This document shows positions 61,594-64,000 of a stretch of DNA of 64,000 nucleotides, in pieces (position 1 is the stretch's first letter; each line of letters begins with the position of its first letter). The stretch comes from Azolla caroliniana. Taxonomy: Eukaryota > Plantae > Polypodiophyta. The notes beneath the pieces are model-generated. The model searched no databases. It saw only the letters and a list, made by a program, of their open reading frames with translations, and was not told the origin of the DNA. The DNA is taken from contig JBHGNT010000014.1 in NCBI GenBank assembly GCA_043228905.1, positions 2,170,001-2,234,000 on the forward strand. Reading direction: 5' to 3'. Position numbers and translations under genes: made by a program.

Positions 61594-63012
61594 TCGGTTG
61601 CTTCCGGTGTGCTTCTGGGATGCCCCGGAGACGGTGAAGCACGACTTCCTACGCTCCATCACTCCCTAGTCTAAGACCCCCGTGGTCCCGCCTTTCTCCA
61701 CGCACGCGCGTAACAACGCGACAACGTCTCCCAGCTATCCGGGAGGGAACCGAACAGGACTAGCGCTAGTACCTCATCGGCGAGAGGTACTTCCAATGAT
61801 GTTGCCTGGTGTATCAGCCCCTGCAAGGCATTCATGTGCTCCGCCATGCTAGAGCCATCTTGGTACCGGAGTCTTACTAGCTTCCGGAATACCGAAACCT
61901 GGTTAACACCATTTTTGTTTTGAAACATAATGCCGATCTTCTCCCAGAGCTCATGAGCCTTGCTCTCATTATTGAAGTTGTTGTATAGGCTCATGTCGAT
62001 GAAGCACCGTATGTACGCCGTTGTCTTCATGTTCATCACCTCCCATATCACGACGTCGATTTTGTCCGGTCTCTTGTCCCCAAACTGAACCGGCAGCCAA
62101 AGGTCTTTAACCACGAGCATGTCCCTCATCTTTGACTTCCACACCGAATAGTTGGAGCCGGTGAGCTTGAACATGTCTCCCAACGGATCATCCATTTTTC
62201 TGTGTTGCCTCGCTCTGATACCACTTTGTTAGGAACTACACGCTCCGATGAACAACGCTCGGCCACAACCGAGTCTAAAATCAAACACAGAAAACAGGTA
62301 ATGAACGCACGACACAAAGGTGAGAGAAGAGTGCACATGATGTTTAACGTAGAAAACCCTGAGAGGGAAAAACCATGGAAGTCCACCGACTCCAAACTAT
62401 CACTATATCACAATGATCACAACAGTGAGTTCACGGAGTCAACAACCTCGTGCTCACGATCTTCGCCACAGGCAGAGGTTACAATAGAGGCAACGACCTC
62501 TTCCTCTCTCTCTCTCTCTCTCTCTCTCTGTATATTGTTGCGCGGTCTCTAGTCTTGCACCAACAAGAATGATAACAACCCTATCAAAAGTTTTCCCTAA
62601 GTCATATTTATACTAATATGACTTTCCGGCTATTTACAAATATAGCCACGATGGACTCTCAGAAACATATTTACGAATATGTCTCTTCATTCGGAGAGCG
62701 CTCCTCACCGGGCCTGCATCATCCGGATCTTGTCGGGCACTCGTCATCCGGTTCTTACTGGGTCTACACCATCCGGCTCTCCGTAGCTGGGTACTCCTCA
62801 TCCGGTTCTCACCGGGTCTGCACTATCCGGCTCTCCATAGCCGGGTACTCCTCATCTAGTTTCGACTTGTACACCCACTTGTTTCGGAGTTTGCTCATCA
62901 GCACTGTTCTTCTCCCTTCCCATCCAGAGGGACATGTTTCCTAACAGGTTATTGGTCGAAGAGAATCATGTTAGAAGAAAGAACACGATGTCAGAAGGAC
63001 AAATGTTCTTCT

Positions 63013-63842
63013 TGTTGGGAGACAGGTCCCTCCGGATGGGAAGGGAGAAGATCAATGACGATGAACAAACTCGGCTACGGAGAGCCGGATGGTGCAGGCC
63101 CGGTATGAACCGGATGAGGAGTACTTGGCTACGGAGAGCCGGATGGTGCAGGCCCGGTATGAACCGGATGAGGAGTACCCGGCTACGGAGAGCCGGATGG
63201 TGCAGACCCGGTATGAACCGGATGAGGAGTACCTGGCTACGGAGAGCTGGATGGTGCAGGCCCGGTATGAACCGAATGAGGAGTACCCGGCTACGGAGAG
63301 CCGGATGGTGCAGGGCCGGTATGAACCAGATGAGGAGTACCCGGCTACGGAGAGCCGGATGGTGCAGACCCGGTATGAACCGGAGGAGGAGACATATTCG
63401 TAAATATGTTTCTGAGAGCCCATTGTGGCTATATTTGTAAATAGCCGAAAAGTCATATTAGTATAAATATGACTTAGGGCAAACTAATATTGTTGTTGTC
63501 ATTTTCCCTTGTTGGTGCAAGAAGAAGAGAGAGCACGTAATAGTGTACAGAGAGAGAGAGAGAGAAAGAGGTCATTGCCTCTGTTGTAACCGCCGCCTGT
63601 GGCGAAGATCGTGAGTCCGAGGTCGTTGCCTCTGTGAACTCACTGTTTTGTACATTCATACATAATGACAGTTTGCAGCCTGTGGGCTGCCGTGGTTTTT
63701 CCCCTAGTTTGGGGTTTTCCACGTTAACCTCCTGTGTATTCTTCCTCTCCTTTGTGTCGCGCTTCATTTCTGGTTTTCTGTGTATGAAAAGAATCTCGGT
63801 TGTGGCCGAGCGTTGGACATAAGGAGCAAGGAGTTCCCGTCA
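63013..63842 (+). mobile_element. Solo LTR of the copia A/B family, with ~6 copies of a 51-bp U3 repeat (63072-63390)
   Basis: TG...CA ends and a perfect TSD CTTCT; homologous, inverted, to the 43280 and 52450 LTRs. Confidence 0.92.
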
Positions 63843-64000
63843 CTTCTCGAATTTGGAAGGTGGCCGAGGATGAGGTTGAGACTGAAGACGTCGTTTCGGC
63901 CAAGGACGAGGAGGAAGAGCCAGCCGAAATAACGAAGGTAACTCAAAACTTTGGCAAGAAAACGGAAATACTCGAGGAAACTTCGGAAGGAGGGGGAGCT

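Larger units (their letters stand above)
56104..61723 (+). mobile_element. Non-autonomous Ty3-like LTR element; LTRs 56104-56870 and 60955-61723
   Basis: Near-identical TGTCGTG...CGCGACA LTRs with TSD ACCT/ACGT (the empty site CCAACGTCTC is visible at ~51946). tRNA-Trp-type PBS TGGTGAACCCGACGTGA (56875-56891) and PPT TAGGTGGGGGCGGA. No RT or IN motifs recognised. Confidence 0.9.
43280..62946 (-). mobile_element. Tnt1/Tork-like copia element A (5' LTR 62227-62946, 3' LTR 43280-43943), expanded to 19.7 kb by nested insertions and a triplication
   Basis: TSD GGTTA on both sides, iMet PBS 62212-62223 and PPT after 43943. gag 61724-62195 plus ~55750-56103; PR-IN-RT 53192-55750; RT-RH 43954-44822. 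Confidence 0.93.
42107..64000 (+). mobile_element. Outer copia element. LTR ~42107-42569, PBS 42570-42581; gag 42751-43279 resumes 62947-63012 and again from 63843 to the window end
   Basis: TG...CA|TGGTATCAAAGC; MGSSLPSEKLDRSKFSSWEYKMNQYL...FFNLQSRL | LVEENHVR. Split by two TSD-bounded insertions. Confidence 0.8.

Overview
Eukaryotic, AT-rich, transposon-dense plant DNA. A non-seed plant such as a moss is likely, inferred from the retroelement types. The only intact host gene is a 9-coding-exon WD40/DWD gene of the DCAF11/LEC14B type (2105-6380, +). The rest is mostly nested Ty1/copia elements, non-autonomous Ty3-like LTR elements, solo LTRs and two hAT MITEs. The standout is an ~11.6 kb DNA transposon (28365-40009, 36-bp TIRs). 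It carries a decayed Sola-like DDD transposase (-) and, divergently, a six-exon gene (+) for a ParB/Srx-like domain fused to a beta-class amino (N6A/N4C) DNA methyltransferase, an architecture typical of phages and bacteria. The first intron of that gene holds eight palindromes at a 51-bp period, reminiscent of parS sites. Second, a TGTCGTGAAG...CGACA LTR family has 4-bp target sites centred on CpG at all five scorable insertions. All family assignments come from motif recognition by eye; no database search was run and novelty is unverified.
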